Shown: positions 51,859 to 63,013 of the stretch, in pieces | Numbering within the stretch: position 1 is the stretch's first letter | How the letters are laid out: every line of letters begins with the position of its first letter | Origin: Acidobacteriota bacterium | GTDB taxonomy: Bacteria; Acidobacteriota; Terriglobia; Acidiferrales; UBA7541 | Length of the DNA stretch: 64,000 nucleotides | Direction of reading: 5' to 3' | Assembly (NCBI GenBank): GCA_003224055.1 | Contig: QHYE01000060.1 | Span: forward strand, 739 to 64,738 | The notes under the pieces: generated by a model | Told to the model about the DNA's origin: nothing | The model's input: only the letters and a program-made list of their open reading frames with translations | Database searches by the model: none | Position numbers and translations under genes: made by a program

Positions 51859-52943
51859 TGCAGTAGCAGAAACTCCGCGCTGAAGCCCGGACCGAACGCC
51901 GCTGCCACCGCGTATTCACCTGGTTTGAGCGGCCTTTTTTCCAGCCACTCCTGCAGAATAAAAAGGATGGTGGCGCTCGAAAGGTTCCCCACGTTGCCGA
52001 GAATATCCCAGGAGGGCTGCGTGTCACACTTCGTCAGACCCAACTGCGTTTCCACATTGCCGAGCAGACGCGCTCCGCCGGGGTGCAGGATCCATCCTTT
52101 GATCTCTTCCCGCTTCCGGCCGTTTCGCTCCAGGAAGCCGGAGACCAGTCCGCCGATCTTCGCACCGATCATTTCCGGGACGTCCTTGGCCAGCATAATG
52201 TGGAAACCGGAATCTTTCAGATCAAATCCCATGGCGCCCAGAGAATCCGGGAACGTGTAGGTTTCCGAGACGAGGATCTTTGGCCCGCGCGCCCCGTTTC
52301 CGCTGACCACCACTGCGGCCGCGCCGTCTCCAAACAGAATTGACGAAATCAGGTTCGCCTGCGAAATATCCTTTCGCTGAAACGTCAGCGAGGGCAGCTC
52401 CACGGCGATGATCAGCACGTTTCCGCCAGGTCTTGCCTTCAGAAACTCAGCCGCGCGTCCCAGCGCCATCGCGCCCGCAGCGCAGCCCAGCTCCGTGAAC
52501 GGCATGCGCCTCACGTTCGAACGAAAACCCATCAGATTGATCAGGTGCGCATCCAGCGACGGAATCATGAAGCCCGTGCAGGATACGGTGATGATTAAAT
52601 CGATGTCTTCCGGCTTCAGGTGGGCGCGCTCCAGGCACTTTTCCGCGGCTTCTCGCCCGAGTTTCACTGCATGCTCGATGTATTCGTCGTTGGTTTTCGA
52701 AAGCGGCCGCGGCTCCACGGTGTAGTCAATCGGGAAAATTGCGTGGCGTTTGTGAACCTGGGCATTGTCCACGATGCTCATCATCGCTTCGAGCTTCCGC
52801 TCGGGGATGTCGAACACGCGCCCCATGTAGTACTTCACGTCGTCGCGCGTGATCGTATGAGGAGGCAGCGCCGTCGCGGTAGCCGCGATGGTGGGATGCG
52901 AAGCTACGGCAGTCTCTGCGGATCGATTACTCGCGGAATCCAT
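51849..52943 (-). CDS. Type III polyketide synthase (BpsA/SrsA-like)
   Basis: Catalytic triad contexts ELGCAAG, LHPGG, GNLSSAT; LFGDGAAA; AFGPGF. Confidence 0.93.
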   Translation of the reverse strand: MDSASNRSAETAVASHPTIAATATALPPHTITRDDVKYYMGRVFDIPERKLEAMMSIVDNAQVHKRHAIFPIDYTVEPRPLSKTNDEYIEHAVKLGREAAEKCLERAHLKPEDIDLIITVSCTGFMIPSLDAHLINLMGFRSNVRRMPFTELGCAAGAMALGRAAEFLKARPGGNVLIIAVELPSLTFQRKDISQANLISSILFGDGAAAVVVSGNGARGPKILVSETYTFPDSLGAMGFDLKDSGFHIMLAKDVPEMIGAKIGGLVSGFLERNGRKREEIKGWILHPGGARLLGNVETQLGLTKCDTQPSWDILGNVGNLSSATILFILQEWLEKRPLKPGEYAVAAAFGPGFSAEFLLLQWT

Positions 52944-53205
52944 CAGTCTCCTTGGAGAATAACGCGGGCAGCGGCGGTTTCGCCGCCCTGTAAGCCTTTT
53001 GGATGCAGCGTTTCCGGCGCCCCTGCGTTCGAGTCACTGACTTTACATCATTCTTTGCAGGGTGTGCACTAGTTTGCGGTTGTGCTGTACGCTTTTATAC
53101 TCCGGCCTTCCTCACAGAATTTTGCTGTTCTCATGTCTTTGTGAGATTCGCGGCAAGCTCTTGCGGTATCGCCGTTGCCTTCGGCGGATAGGAAAACTTG
53201 CTTCC

Positions 53206-54639
53206 CTAACGCAATCCAACTAAACCGCGCACGGACTCAATCAGCTTGGCCGAATCGTAGCCGATGCCGTCCTTGAAAACGATCTCCACTTTTTCGATGT
53301 CGCTGATATTGGCCGATGGGTTGCCGCGAATCACAACCAGATCCGCGATTTTCCCAGGCGCGAGCGTTCCCACCTTGTCGAGCTGGCCGAGAAATTCCGC
53401 ACCATTCGACGTGGCGATGTGGATAGCCTCGAGCGGCGTGAAACCTGCTTCCACGAGCAGCTCCACTTCGCGCTGGTCGCCAAATCCGGCGATGACGCCG
53501 CCGTAGCCGGTTGGGTCGAGTCCCGCGAGAAGCAGTCCGCCCGCCTTAACGAAAGAGCGCTCGAAGTCCAACTCCTTCTTAAACAGAATGGGCCAACGGG
53601 AAGCCGCTGCCCCATCGGAGATTCTTGCGCGACGCGTGAGGTAGGCGATGCGTGCTTCGGGCGTCATCGCGTCCAGAACACGCTTCGAGAGCGGCGCGCG
53701 ATTGGGAACAAAGGTTTCGAACACCGGCAAAGTCGAGGTAACGGCGACGCGATGAGCCACCAGATCGCGAATCATTTCCTGCGCGGCCGTGCTATTCACA
53801 TCCAGCTTTTCCAGAGAATCGTTCTGCTCGGGACATTCGGCCGATTTTTTCCCGGGGAAAAATTCGGTGTCTACCACGAGCCCGTGTTCCAAATCGTCGA
53901 TACCGATGGCGGCCGCTTCATGAAATCCAATGGAACACAAATGCCCGGTCACTTTGATTCCATGCGCGTGAGCGGCTTTCACGGCGGCCGCCAGCTCGTC
54001 GGGCGTAATGTGCATATATGCCTTGAAAGAGGTCACTCCCTGCGCGATCCAGAACTCGACCGTGCGCCGCGCATCTTCAGCATCCTTCAATTCGTGCATC
54101 TGCGGTGTGAAAGAGCCCTGGCCTTCGAGATAGGGCCCCGTGACATTCATTTTTGGTCCGGCCAGCTTTCCGCCGTCAATCAGGCGCTTCAACTCGAGGT
54201 CGGTGTATGTTTCAACGCTTCCGGTTGTGCGGATGGTGGTGACGCCGCCCGCCAGATACAGCGCCGGAAAGCTCGACGCGTGCTCCGGATACATCGGCAG
54301 CGAACCCAGAGGTGCGGGGTAATACATGTGGTCATGCATCCCGATGAGGCCGGGAATGACCGAATAGCCTGTCAGGTCGAGCACCTTCGCGCCTTCGGGA
54401 ATTTTTGCGGTCGCGGCGTCGCCGATGGTGCTTATTTTTCCGGCGCGAATCACCAAGGTTTGGTCCGCGCGCGCGGCTGCTCCCGTGCCGTCGATGACGC
54501 GCACATGCGTCAACGCGAGCACCGGCGCGTCTTCCTTCACGAATGCGCGCACCTCCGGTGCCAGTGCGCTGGGTTCCTGCGCATGGGCAAAGCCGACCGC
54601 GCAAGAGACTGCCAAAACCAATAAACGGAACTGCCTCAC
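53206..54639 (-). CDS. Secreted amidohydrolase
   Basis: PGLIGMHDH, FKAY, TGHL, LEHG, GKIADLVV; GTG start with GGAGGT RBS. Confidence 0.88.
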   Translation of the reverse strand: MRQFRLLVLAVSCAVGFAHAQEPSALAPEVRAFVKEDAPVLALTHVRVIDGTGAAARADQTLVIRAGKISTIGDAATAKIPEGAKVLDLTGYSVIPGLIGMHDHMYYPAPLGSLPMYPEHASSFPALYLAGGVTTIRTTGSVETYTDLELKRLIDGGKLAGPKMNVTGPYLEGQGSFTPQMHELKDAEDARRTVEFWIAQGVTSFKAYMHITPDELAAAVKAAHAHGIKVTGHLCSIGFHEAAAIGIDDLEHGLVVDTEFFPGKKSAECPEQNDSLEKLDVNSTAAQEMIRDLVAHRVAVTSTLPVFETFVPNRAPLSKRVLDAMTPEARIAYLTRRARISDGAAASRWPILFKKELDFERSFVKAGGLLLAGLDPTGYGGVIAGFGDQREVELLVEAGFTPLEAIHIATSNGAEFLGQLDKVGTLAPGKIADLVVIRGNPSANISDIEKVEIVFKDGIGYDSAKLIESVRGLVGLR

Positions 54640-54760
54640 CGTCCACCTCCGGCAATAGTCAAATCCAATATGCGCGAAAACTAACACCGGCCGTCGCCTG
54701 GCGCAAGGTGCGGAGCGTCATGCAACGAGTGTGGTAAATTCGGAGCCTTGCGAGGTTCCT

Positions 54761-55852
54761 ATGGCCAAAAAGCTGCGTCTCTTCGTGATCCCTGTCCTCG
54801 GCGTGATGTTCTCTGGCCTGAATTGTTTTGCCCAAGTACCCACGCCGCCTAAGACCGCGGAAGGCAATTTCGTCGTCAAGAATTTCAAATTTCGTTCGGG
54901 AGAGACGCTTCCGGAATTGCGGCTCCATTACACCACGCTCGGCAAACCTGTGCGCAACGCGGAGGGACGCGTCACAAACGCCGTCTTGATACTTCACGGA
55001 ACCGGCGGCTCGGGCCAGCAATTTCTCCAGCCGCAATTCGCGGGCGAGTTGTTTGGGCCTGGGCAACTCCTCGATGCCACGCGCTACTTCAGCGTGCTTC
55101 CCGATGGCATCGGCCACGGGAAATCTTCGAAGCCCAGCGACGGCTTGCACGCCCATTTTCCCCAGTACGACTACGACGACATGGTCGCCGCGCATCACCA
55201 GCTTCTCAGCGAAGGCCTCGGCGTGAACCACTTGCGCCTCATTCTCGGCACATCGATGGGCTGCATGCATTCCTTCGTTTGGGGAGAAACGTATCCCGAT
55301 TTCATGGATGCGCTGATGCCGCTGGCTTGCCAGCCCGTGCAGATTGCCGGGCGCAACCGCATCTGGCGCAAGATGGTGATGGACGCGATTCGTACCGATC
55401 CCGAATGGAAGGGCGGGGAATACTCGGCGGAGCCGCAGCAGGCGTTGCGCACCGTGCTGGACTTTCTTCTGATTGCAGGAAGCGCGCCGCTCTATATGCA
55501 GAAAACGCTGCCCACGCGGGACGCCGCGGACAAATATCTGGATGATTATTTCAAGGCGCGCCTTGCGGGGCTGGACGCCAACGATTTCCTGTACCAGGTG
55601 AATGCTTCCCGCAATTACGATCCGTTGCCGCAGCTCGAGAAAATCACCGCGCAAGTCATGTACATCAATTCCGCGGACGACTTCATTAACCCGCCAGAGT
55701 TGGGCATCGCCGACCGAGAAATCAAAAGAGTGAAAAACGGGCGTTTCGTACTCATCCCCATTAGTGACGAGACACGCGGCCACGGCACGCATACAAAGGC
55801 CGTCGTGTGGAAGCAATACCTGGCGGAGTTATTGGGAAAATCAGCGCAGTAA
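54761..55852 (+). CDS. Secreted alpha/beta hydrolase, homoserine O-acetyltransferase-like
   Basis: LILHGTGG, LGTSMGCMH, SADDFINPP, RGHGTH. Confidence 0.88.
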   Translation: MAKKLRLFVIPVLGVMFSGLNCFAQVPTPPKTAEGNFVVKNFKFRSGETLPELRLHYTTLGKPVRNAEGRVTNAVLILHGTGGSGQQFLQPQFAGELFGPGQLLDATRYFSVLPDGIGHGKSSKPSDGLHAHFPQYDYDDMVAAHHQLLSEGLGVNHLRLILGTSMGCMHSFVWGETYPDFMDALMPLACQPVQIAGRNRIWRKMVMDAIRTDPEWKGGEYSAEPQQALRTVLDFLLIAGSAPLYMQKTLPTRDAADKYLDDYFKARLAGLDANDFLYQVNASRNYDPLPQLEKITAQVMYINSADDFINPPELGIADREIKRVKNGRFVLIPISDETRGHGTHTKAVVWKQYLAELLGKSAQ

Positions 55853-55874
55853 GCAGTTCGAGGCGGCGCGTGGG

Positions 55875-57707
55875 CTAGGTCGTCGCTTGGCTGGCGCGGA
55901 TTTCCTGCCAGCGACGCGGGCGCTTGTTGGCTTGCAAGACTTTTTTGCGCAGACGAATCGATTTCGGTGTGATCTCCACGAATTCGTCGTCCGCAATAAA
56001 CTCGATAGCCTGCTCCAGGCTCAGCTCGCGGTGCGGAATCAGGCGGATGGCTTCGTCCGCGCTGGATGAACGCATGTTGGTCTGCTTTTTTTCCTTGGTG
56101 ACGTTGACATCCATATCCTGCTCGCGCGAATTTTCGCCCACGATCATGCCTTCGTAGACCTCGATCGTCGGCCCGATGAACAGCTCGCCGCGCTCCTGGA
56201 TGTTCCACAGCGCAAATGCCGTCGATGGCCCGCTGCGGTCCGCCACCAAGGCGCCGGTAGGGCGCAGCGCCATCTCTCCGCCGTATTCCATCCAGCCTTC
56301 GAAAATCGAATGAATCAGCGCCGTACCGCGCGTGTCCGTCAGCAACTGGCTGCGCAGCCCGATCAATCCGCGCGAAGGGATTTTGAAGTCCAATCGCACG
56401 CGCCCCGAGCCATGATTGCTCATCTTGAGCATCTCGCCTCGCCGGCTGCCGATCGTTTCCATGATGATGCCTATAAAATTCTCAGGCACATCGATCACTA
56501 GCCGCTCCAACGGCTCCAGTTTCTTGCCGTTTTCCGTGCGTGTGACGATTTCCGGCTTGCCCACCATCAGTTCGAATCCTTCGCGCCGCATCGTTTCAAT
56601 CAGGATCGCCAGCTGCAGTTCGCCGCGCCCCAGCACGCGAAACGATTCCGGCGTGTCCGTGTCTTCCACGCGGATGGATACGTTGGTCAGAAGTTCTTTC
56701 TGGAGGCGGTCGCGCAAGTCGCGCGAGGTGAGGTAACTTCCTTCCTTGCCGGAAAGGGGGCTGCTGTTCACCGTGAAAATCATTGCCAGAGTCGGCTCGT
56801 CAATCAGCAGCGGCTCCAGCGGCATCGGGTTAGCCAGATCGGTGATGCTTTCCCCGATGTTGATGCCCTCGACGCCGGCAATCGCCACGAGATCGCCCGC
56901 GGGCACGGCTTCCGCTTCATCGCGCTCCAGGCCGCGAAACGTGTACAACTTCGTGATGCGTGTCGGCGTCAGCCTGCCGTCGAGCTTGACGATGCCCACG
57001 TCGGCGCCGCGCTTCAGCGTGCCGTTGAAAACGCGGCCGATCGCGATGCGCCCCAGGAATTCGCTATAGTCCAGATTCATCACCTGAATCTGCAGCACCC
57101 CTTCGGGATCGCCCGGCGGCTCAGGAATGTGTTTCACGATCGCCTCAAAGAGCGGCAGCAAGTCTTTGGAATTGCCGTCCGGCGAATTCATAGCGTAACC
57201 ATCGCGCGCGTTGGTGTAAATCACCGGGAAATCGAGTTGGTCTTCCGTCGCGTCAAGATCGATAAAGAGGTCGTAAATCTCATCGAGGACTTCCTTCGGC
57301 CGCGCATCCGTTCGGTCGATCTTGTTCAGCACGATCACCGGAGGCAGCTTCGCCGCCAGCGCCTTCTGCAGCACGTAGCGCGTTTGCGGCAGCGGCCCTT
57401 CGCTGGCGTCCACCAGCACCACGACGCCGTCCACCATGCGCAGCGCGCGTTCCACTTCCCCGCCGAAGTCGCTGTGGCCCGGCGTATCTACGATGTTGAT
57501 CTTGGTATTGTGGAAAAAAAGCGCTGTATTCTTCGCAAGAATGGTAATGCCGCGCTCGCGTTCCAGGTCGTTCGAATCCATCACACGCTCGACGAGCGCC
57601 TCGTTGGCGCGGAAAATCCCGCTTTGCCGCAGCATTGCGTCGACCAGCGTGGTCTTGCCGTGGTCCACGTGCGCGATGATGGCGATGTTGCGAATCTCTT
57701 GACTCAT
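55875..57707 (-). CDS. typA: Translational GTPase TypA/BipA
   Basis: [50 protein letters not shown]. Confidence 0.97.
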   Translation of the reverse strand: MSQEIRNIAIIAHVDHGKTTLVDAMLRQSGIFRANEALVERVMDSNDLERERGITILAKNTALFFHNTKINIVDTPGHSDFGGEVERALRMVDGVVVLVDASEGPLPQTRYVLQKALAAKLPPVIVLNKIDRTDARPKEVLDEIYDLFIDLDATEDQLDFPVIYTNARDGYAMNSPDGNSKDLLPLFEAIVKHIPEPPGDPEGVLQIQVMNLDYSEFLGRIAIGRVFNGTLKRGADVGIVKLDGRLTPTRITKLYTFRGLERDEAEAVPAGDLVAIAGVEGINIGESITDLANPMPLEPLLIDEPTLAMIFTVNSSPLSGKEGSYLTSRDLRDRLQKELLTNVSIRVEDTDTPESFRVLGRGELQLAILIETMRREGFELMVGKPEIVTRTENGKKLEPLERLVIDVPENFIGIIMETIGSRRGEMLKMSNHGSGRVRLDFKIPSRGLIGLRSQLLTDTRGTALIHSIFEGWMEYGGEMALRPTGALVADRSGPSTAFALWNIQERGELFIGPTIEVYEGMIVGENSREQDMDVNVTKEKKQTNMRSSSADEAIRLIPHRELSLEQAIEFIADDEFVEITPKSIRLRKKVLQANKRPRRWQEIRASQATT

Positions 57708-57861
57708 AGTTTCTGCTTCTTATGACCCCAATCCGGGTCAAGTCCTCTAAAGACAAAAATAGCTGCTGAAACAACCAGCAGCCCGGATCAGTCTCCCCCA
57801 GTTCTCAGGTGCGGTCGAGCAACCTTTAGTTTATCAGACTCGCACCCATGCGACCAGAAAA

Positions 57862-57938
57862 GTAGAACAGGCATTCCTGCCCGTCCTCTTAGCTTTTAGC
57901 TTTTCATCGAAAAGGACAGACAGGAATGTCTGTCCTAC
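57862..57938. repeat. Inverted REP doublet (REPIN-like)
   Basis: GTAGAACAGGCATTCCTGCCCGTCC and its inverted near-copy GGACAGACAGGAATGTCTGTCCTAC. Confidence 0.75.
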
Positions 57939-57941
57939 CCG

Positions 57942-60584
57942 CTATTCCACGCGCAGCGCGATGATCGGATCGACGCGCGACGCGCGCCGCGCCGGCACGT
58001 AGCACGCCACGAGCGTAGCCACGCCAAGCACCACGGCCACACCCACAAACGTGAGCGGATCCGTCGGCCCCACTTCAAAGAGCAGCCTTTGCAGCAGCCG
58101 AGTGAGCGCCAACGCCCCGACGAGTCCGAGCGCAACTCCAAAGAGCGCCAGCGCCATGCCCTGACCGAGCACCATGCGCAGGATTTCTCCCGGCCGCGCG
58201 CCGATAGCCATGCGTACGCCGATCTCATGCCTTCGCTGACCCACGGCCAGTGCCATCACCCCGCCGATTCCCGTCGCCGCAATCGTCAACGCCAATAACG
58301 CGAAAAGACTCAGCAAATTCGCCGTCAACCGCGGCGCCGCTACCGACTCGGCGCGCACTTGCTCGAGCGATTGCACGCGCGCCGCAGGCTGGTTGGGGTC
58401 CACCGCGTACAGCAATTCGATAATCCCACGCGCAACGCTCATCGGTTCGGCTTCGGTCTTGACCACGAGCACCGCGTCCATCAATGGGTTCTGCGCCATC
58501 GACACGTAGATTTCGTCTGCCGCATCTTTATCCAATCCGTACTGCTTGATGTCTCCCACAACGCCGACGATCTGCGTCCAAGTCTGCCCGTTGTCCGCCG
58601 AGAATCGTTTCCCGACGGGATCCTGCATGCCCCAGAAGTGCCGTGCCGCCGTGCGATTCACAACCGCCACATCGGGAACGCCGGGACGGTCGGCGCGCGT
58701 AAATCTGCGTCCCTGCAAGACTGGGATATGAAGGGTGTCGAAGTAGCTTTCGCTAACCACCCGGAAGTCCGCGACGGGAAGCTTTTGCCCGGGCACGGGG
58801 GTCTGCCCCTCTAGTTGGAAATCGCCCGTCATGCGCATGGTGCCGTTCAAAGGGATCATCATCGAAGCGGCAGCGGACTTCACTCCGCTCTGCGTCTGGA
58901 TTTTGTCGAGGAACGATTCAAAGAAAGCGCGCTGCTTGTCGCCCGTATTGTACTTGGTGAAATCCAGGCCAATCTGCATGGTCAACACGTTTTCCGGCTG
59001 GAATCCCGGATCTACGTGCTGGAGTTTCTGGAAACTTCGCAGCATCAATCCCGCGCCAATGAGAAGCAGAAACGAGACCGCTACCTGGGCAACGATCAGC
59101 AGGCTGCGCAGCCTCCGCCGGCCTACTCCGATCGTCGATTGCACGCCGCCTTCTTTCAGCCCGTCCACGACCGTATCGCGTGCCGCCAGCGCTGGCGCCG
59201 TTCCGGAAAGAACGCTCGTCAGCACCGCTACCGCCAACGTGAAGAGCAGCACGGTGCCGTCCATGTAAATTTCCCGCGCCCGCGGCGTGAACCGCGCGGC
59301 AAAACTAATCAGCAGGTTCAATCCACCCCAGGAAACCAGCAGGCCCAGCCCGCCGCCAATCAACGCCAGCAAGAAACTCTCCGTCAGCAATTGGCGGAAC
59401 ATCCGCACGCGTCCCGCGCCCAGGGCCGCGCGGACCGCCAGCTCCCTCTCCCGGCGTACCATGCGCGCGAGGTTCAGGTTCGCCACGTTGGCGCACGCAA
59501 TCAACAGCACGAATCCCGCCGCGCCTAGCAGCACCAGCATCGTCGGGCGCGCGTTGTGTGTGAGCTCCTCTTCCAGAGCCGACGTCCGGATCGAATAGTC
59601 CAAGGTTGGCAGGTAAACATTGGGGTAGGCTTTCTGCAAATTGGACGCGACGCCGTTCAAATCCGCCCGCGCCTGGCTCACGGTAATTCCCGGCTTCATG
59701 CGGCCGAACACCCGCATCATGCGCGATTGCCGGTTGGCGATGAACGCGGGACGCGAACGGAACGGACACGCCGTCGTCGGCATGTACACATCGTTCTCGT
59801 CGGGATACTGGGGCACCGGCGGCAGAATGCCGATGACCGTATGCAACTTATCGTTCATCGTGAACGTCTTGTTCACCACCGTGTGGTCGCCGCCAAAGCT
59901 GCGGATCCAGTATTCGTAACTGAGCATCAGCACTGCAGGGGCGCCCCGTTGTTCATCGTCCGGACGGAAACTCCGGCCGAACAGCGGTTTCAATCCAAAA
60001 ATATCGAAATAATTCCAGGAAACCACGCCGGTTTCCACGCGCTCCGGTTCGCCTCGCCCCAGCAATATGAAATTCATGTTGTGGTATTCGACCAGGCCGT
60101 CGAGGGAATGACTTTGCGCTCTGTAGTCGTTGGTTTCTGCCACGGAGAAGGGTTGACCCAGCATTCCCGCCCGCGGCGCTTGCTGTTGCAGCGTGACCAG
60201 GCGGTCACCATGTGCGTAGGGCAACGGTTTCAGCAGGACCGCATTGACAACGCTGAAAATCGCCGAATTGGCGCCGATTCCCAGGCCCAGCGTGAGGACA
60301 GCCGCCAGCGTGAACCCCGGATTCTTGCGCATCATACGCAACGCGAAACTCGCATCCTGCGCAAACATCGCAACATGCTCGCCGGGAGCGGTCTTGAAAA
60401 TCCCTACAATGGTTTCCCACCACAGCCGCAAGACGCCGGCAATTCCGCCACGGCGTCCTGCTTCCTGATGTTGTTCCTGGAAAACCGTTTCCATCTCCGG
60501 CCCGAAATCGCCGCGAAAATCAAAGGGGAGTACTCGCAACAGTGCTCGATAAAAGCGCAATGCTCTTGAATCCGCTGATGTCAT
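57942..60584 (-). CDS. ADOP-family duplicated ABC permease
   Basis: PGFTLAAVLTLGLGIGANSAIFS, LLIACANVANL, EIGVRMAIGA, RVDPIIALRVE; GGAGGA RBS. Confidence 0.93.
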   Translation of the reverse strand: MTSADSRALRFYRALLRVLPFDFRGDFGPEMETVFQEQHQEAGRRGGIAGVLRLWWETIVGIFKTAPGEHVAMFAQDASFALRMMRKNPGFTLAAVLTLGLGIGANSAIFSVVNAVLLKPLPYAHGDRLVTLQQQAPRAGMLGQPFSVAETNDYRAQSHSLDGLVEYHNMNFILLGRGEPERVETGVVSWNYFDIFGLKPLFGRSFRPDDEQRGAPAVLMLSYEYWIRSFGGDHTVVNKTFTMNDKLHTVIGILPPVPQYPDENDVYMPTTACPFRSRPAFIANRQSRMMRVFGRMKPGITVSQARADLNGVASNLQKAYPNVYLPTLDYSIRTSALEEELTHNARPTMLVLLGAAGFVLLIACANVANLNLARMVRRERELAVRAALGAGRVRMFRQLLTESFLLALIGGGLGLLVSWGGLNLLISFAARFTPRAREIYMDGTVLLFTLAVAVLTSVLSGTAPALAARDTVVDGLKEGGVQSTIGVGRRRLRSLLIVAQVAVSFLLLIGAGLMLRSFQKLQHVDPGFQPENVLTMQIGLDFTKYNTGDKQRAFFESFLDKIQTQSGVKSAAASMMIPLNGTMRMTGDFQLEGQTPVPGQKLPVADFRVVSESYFDTLHIPVLQGRRFTRADRPGVPDVAVVNRTAARHFWGMQDPVGKRFSADNGQTWTQIVGVVGDIKQYGLDKDAADEIYVSMAQNPLMDAVLVVKTEAEPMSVARGIIELLYAVDPNQPAARVQSLEQVRAESVAAPRLTANLLSLFALLALTIAATGIGGVMALAVGQRRHEIGVRMAIGARPGEILRMVLGQGMALALFGVALGLVGALALTRLLQRLLFEVGPTDPLTFVGVAVVLGVATLVACYVPARRASRVDPIIALRVE

Positions 60585-60670
60585 GATGTCCTCCCGCGGC
60601 GCCACCACAACGCCACGCTTCGGACCTCTCGTTGTATCCGATGCCGGTGTGCCCGGCTTCGGGAATCTCG

Positions 60671-61039
60671 TTATGCCGTACGCGTTTTCTTCAGCAAATT
60701 CCTCGCGCGAGCGATGGAAAGCACTTCGTCCATGCGCTCGGCCTCCGCCGCGGCCACTTCCCGGCCCTTTTCTGTCATCCGGTAATAGCGCCGGCGCTCG
60801 TCATCATCCACTTCCGCGGGCCGGGAGCGACGCTCCACGATCAGTCCGTCGGCAAGCAGCCGTTTGATAATTCCATAGAGCGTTCCCGTGCTCAGCTTCA
60901 CTTTCCCGCTGGTGCGCAACTCCACTTCCTTCAATATCGCGTAGCCGTGCAGATCGTCTCCGGCCAATGCCAGCAGCACGTGAAACATCGCCGGCGTCAG
61001 CGGCCCGATCGGTTCGTCATGGTGTTGTGCAGGACTCAA
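60671..61039 (-). CDS. PadR-family transcriptional regulator
   Basis: PLTPAMFHVLLALA..DLHGYAI...GTLYGIIKRL...DERRRYYRMT. Confidence 0.92.
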   Translation of the reverse strand: MSPAQHHDEPIGPLTPAMFHVLLALAGDDLHGYAILKEVELRTSGKVKLSTGTLYGIIKRLLADGLIVERRSRPAEVDDDERRRYYRMTEKGREVAAAEAERMDEVLSIARARNLLKKTRTA

Positions 61040-61140
61040 GTGTCGGCTCCCAAGCAGCAGTATTCTGTCGCCATACGCTATATCGTGTCACGCCATAGTG
61101 TCAAGAGAAAAATGCGTCGGCTTCCCGCGGCCCTCGATTG

Positions 61141-62080
61141 CTACTTCTTTCGGTTGTAGGTGAAGTCGTACTCCACGAACCACGTCTTTCCGTCGTCGTT
61201 CGAACCGCGGCTGAATTGACGGACCGTGTCGGGACTCAACTTGATGAACTGGAGGCGCCGCTTCAGCTTTTTTCCGTCGGGTTGCGGGATTTCATCGGTC
61301 CAGTAATCCATCACGCCGTCCTTCAATCCGCCGTAGAAGAAAATATTCCCTCCGGCGTTGTCCACCCAGTATTGTTCCCACCGCTTAAGCGCCGCGTTGT
61401 AGATGTTGTAGCTCTTGCCGGAGTATCCGACATTTCCTCCGCTGGTCCAGTTCTCCTGAATCACGCAATCCCCGAGAATCAGCTCGATTTTGCTGTCTCC
61501 CGCCGGGGTCTCTCCCTGCGTGGTGACCACACGCCATTCGCCCAGCCAAAAATCAAACTGGCGATTCTCAGTCGTATTGGCACAAGGTTTTTGGTTGCGC
61601 GTCACCTCTTCGAGAATCTTTGCGAAGCGCGCATCAGACTTCAAATCCGCCAGATCGGGGTCGGCCGACAATTGATCCGGCTGGCTGAGTCCATTTTGTG
61701 CTGCCTTTTCCAGGTGCTCGAAGGCCTTATCCTTGATCTTTCTTCGACACGAAGACGACCGCAATTCCGTACTCCGCAAATTGCGGGGGCAATCCCAGCG
61801 CCCGGCCTTTTTCAAACGCCTCGATGGCTTTGTCGTTTTCTCCAATCTTGTTCAACGAAACCCCCAGCCGGCACCATGCTCGCGGATTCGGCGCCGCCTG
61901 CACGATCTGCGCGTATAGCTTTGCGGACTTCGCCCAGTCCTTCCCGTCATAAGCTGTTGCTGCGTTGCTCGCTGTTTGAGAAACTGCTGAAGTTGGTTGC
62001 TGTTGCCGAGCCCCCGCGCTCGCGCGCGCCCCAAGAAACAACAGCGCGATTCCGATCCGCCATGCGCTGGAACGATTCAT
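61141..62080 (-). pseudogene. Secreted TPR protein split by a 1-nt frameshift near 61735
   Basis: The N-half (signal + TPR, ends VSKKDQG*) and the C-half (KDKAFEHLEKAAQNG...QFDFWLGEW...) are in different frames and join at AAGAAAGATCAAGGATAAG. Confidence 0.75.
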
Positions 62081-62368
62081 CTTCCACCCCTTTTTGAACT
62101 GGACTCCCCCCGGGCTGTCGGACTTAGACGTTCGGCTCCATAGCAATGCTTCCGGGATCCATCGAAACCTTCCAATAATCCATATAAAGTTCATCTAAAT
62201 TTAGACGATTTGACTACACAGCGACACACATCTGCCCGCTGCCCGAGCTATGCCTCGCATTGTCAGGAACTTATTCCATTCTCTGGTGGAACTATCGTCG
62301 ATATTCTTCGTAACTACGGAAAACAGTTGCGCAGTTTTCGCGTCTATATAGGGCAAGGGTGGGCGTCT

Positions 62369-63013
62369 ATGTCGCCGGAAGTGATCTCCATGCAAGAGCC
62401 GGCTGAGCCAGCGGCTTCGGACCGGTTAGCCCTTTCGTCCGGTCGTTATATCCATTTCGGGCCGTTCCAGATTGATCAGCAGCGGCAGGAAGTGACGCGG
62501 AATGGCTCCCGGTTGAAGCTGCAGGGCAAGGTCTATCAGGTCCTTCTCACCCTGCTCGAGAAACCCGGTGAAGTCGTCACCCGTGAAGAATTGCGCGTCC
62601 GGCTGTGGCCTGCGGACACGCACGTCAATTACGACGCCAACGTCAACACCACCGTCAATAAATTGCGCCAAGCTCTCGGCGACTCCTCCGATAAGCCGCT
62701 CTATATTGAGACCATCCCGCGCAAAGGATATTGCCTGCTCGTCCTTCCGGAGGTCTCCGACAAGTCCACTACATCTCTTTTCTTGCACACGGATGCATCC
62801 GTCGACACGGCAAGAAGTGCGCCACGAACAGCGAACACCATTGAGTTTTCGAAGTCGGACTTCTGGATTATCGCCGGAGTGATTGGCTTGATCCTCGCTG
62901 GGATGCTGCTCGGCGCGGGAATCACGCGGCTCTGGATCAATCACGCAGCTCCGATCGCCCCTTATCGTCTGTCCATTCTCCTGTCGTTCTTAGCCGCCAG
63001 ATTCTTCCTTTAA
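62369..63013 (+). CDS. CadC/ToxR-like winged-helix regulator with C-terminal TM
   Basis: FGPFQID, LLEKPGEVVTREELRVRLWP, VNKLRQALGD...YIETIPRKGY, then a hydrophobic helix. Confidence 0.88.
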   Translation: MSPEVISMQEPAEPAASDRLALSSGRYIHFGPFQIDQQRQEVTRNGSRLKLQGKVYQVLLTLLEKPGEVVTREELRVRLWPADTHVNYDANVNTTVNKLRQALGDSSDKPLYIETIPRKGYCLLVLPEVSDKSTTSLFLHTDASVDTARSAPRTANTIEFSKSDFWIIAGVIGLILAGMLLGAGITRLWINHAAPIAPYRLSILLSFLAARFFL

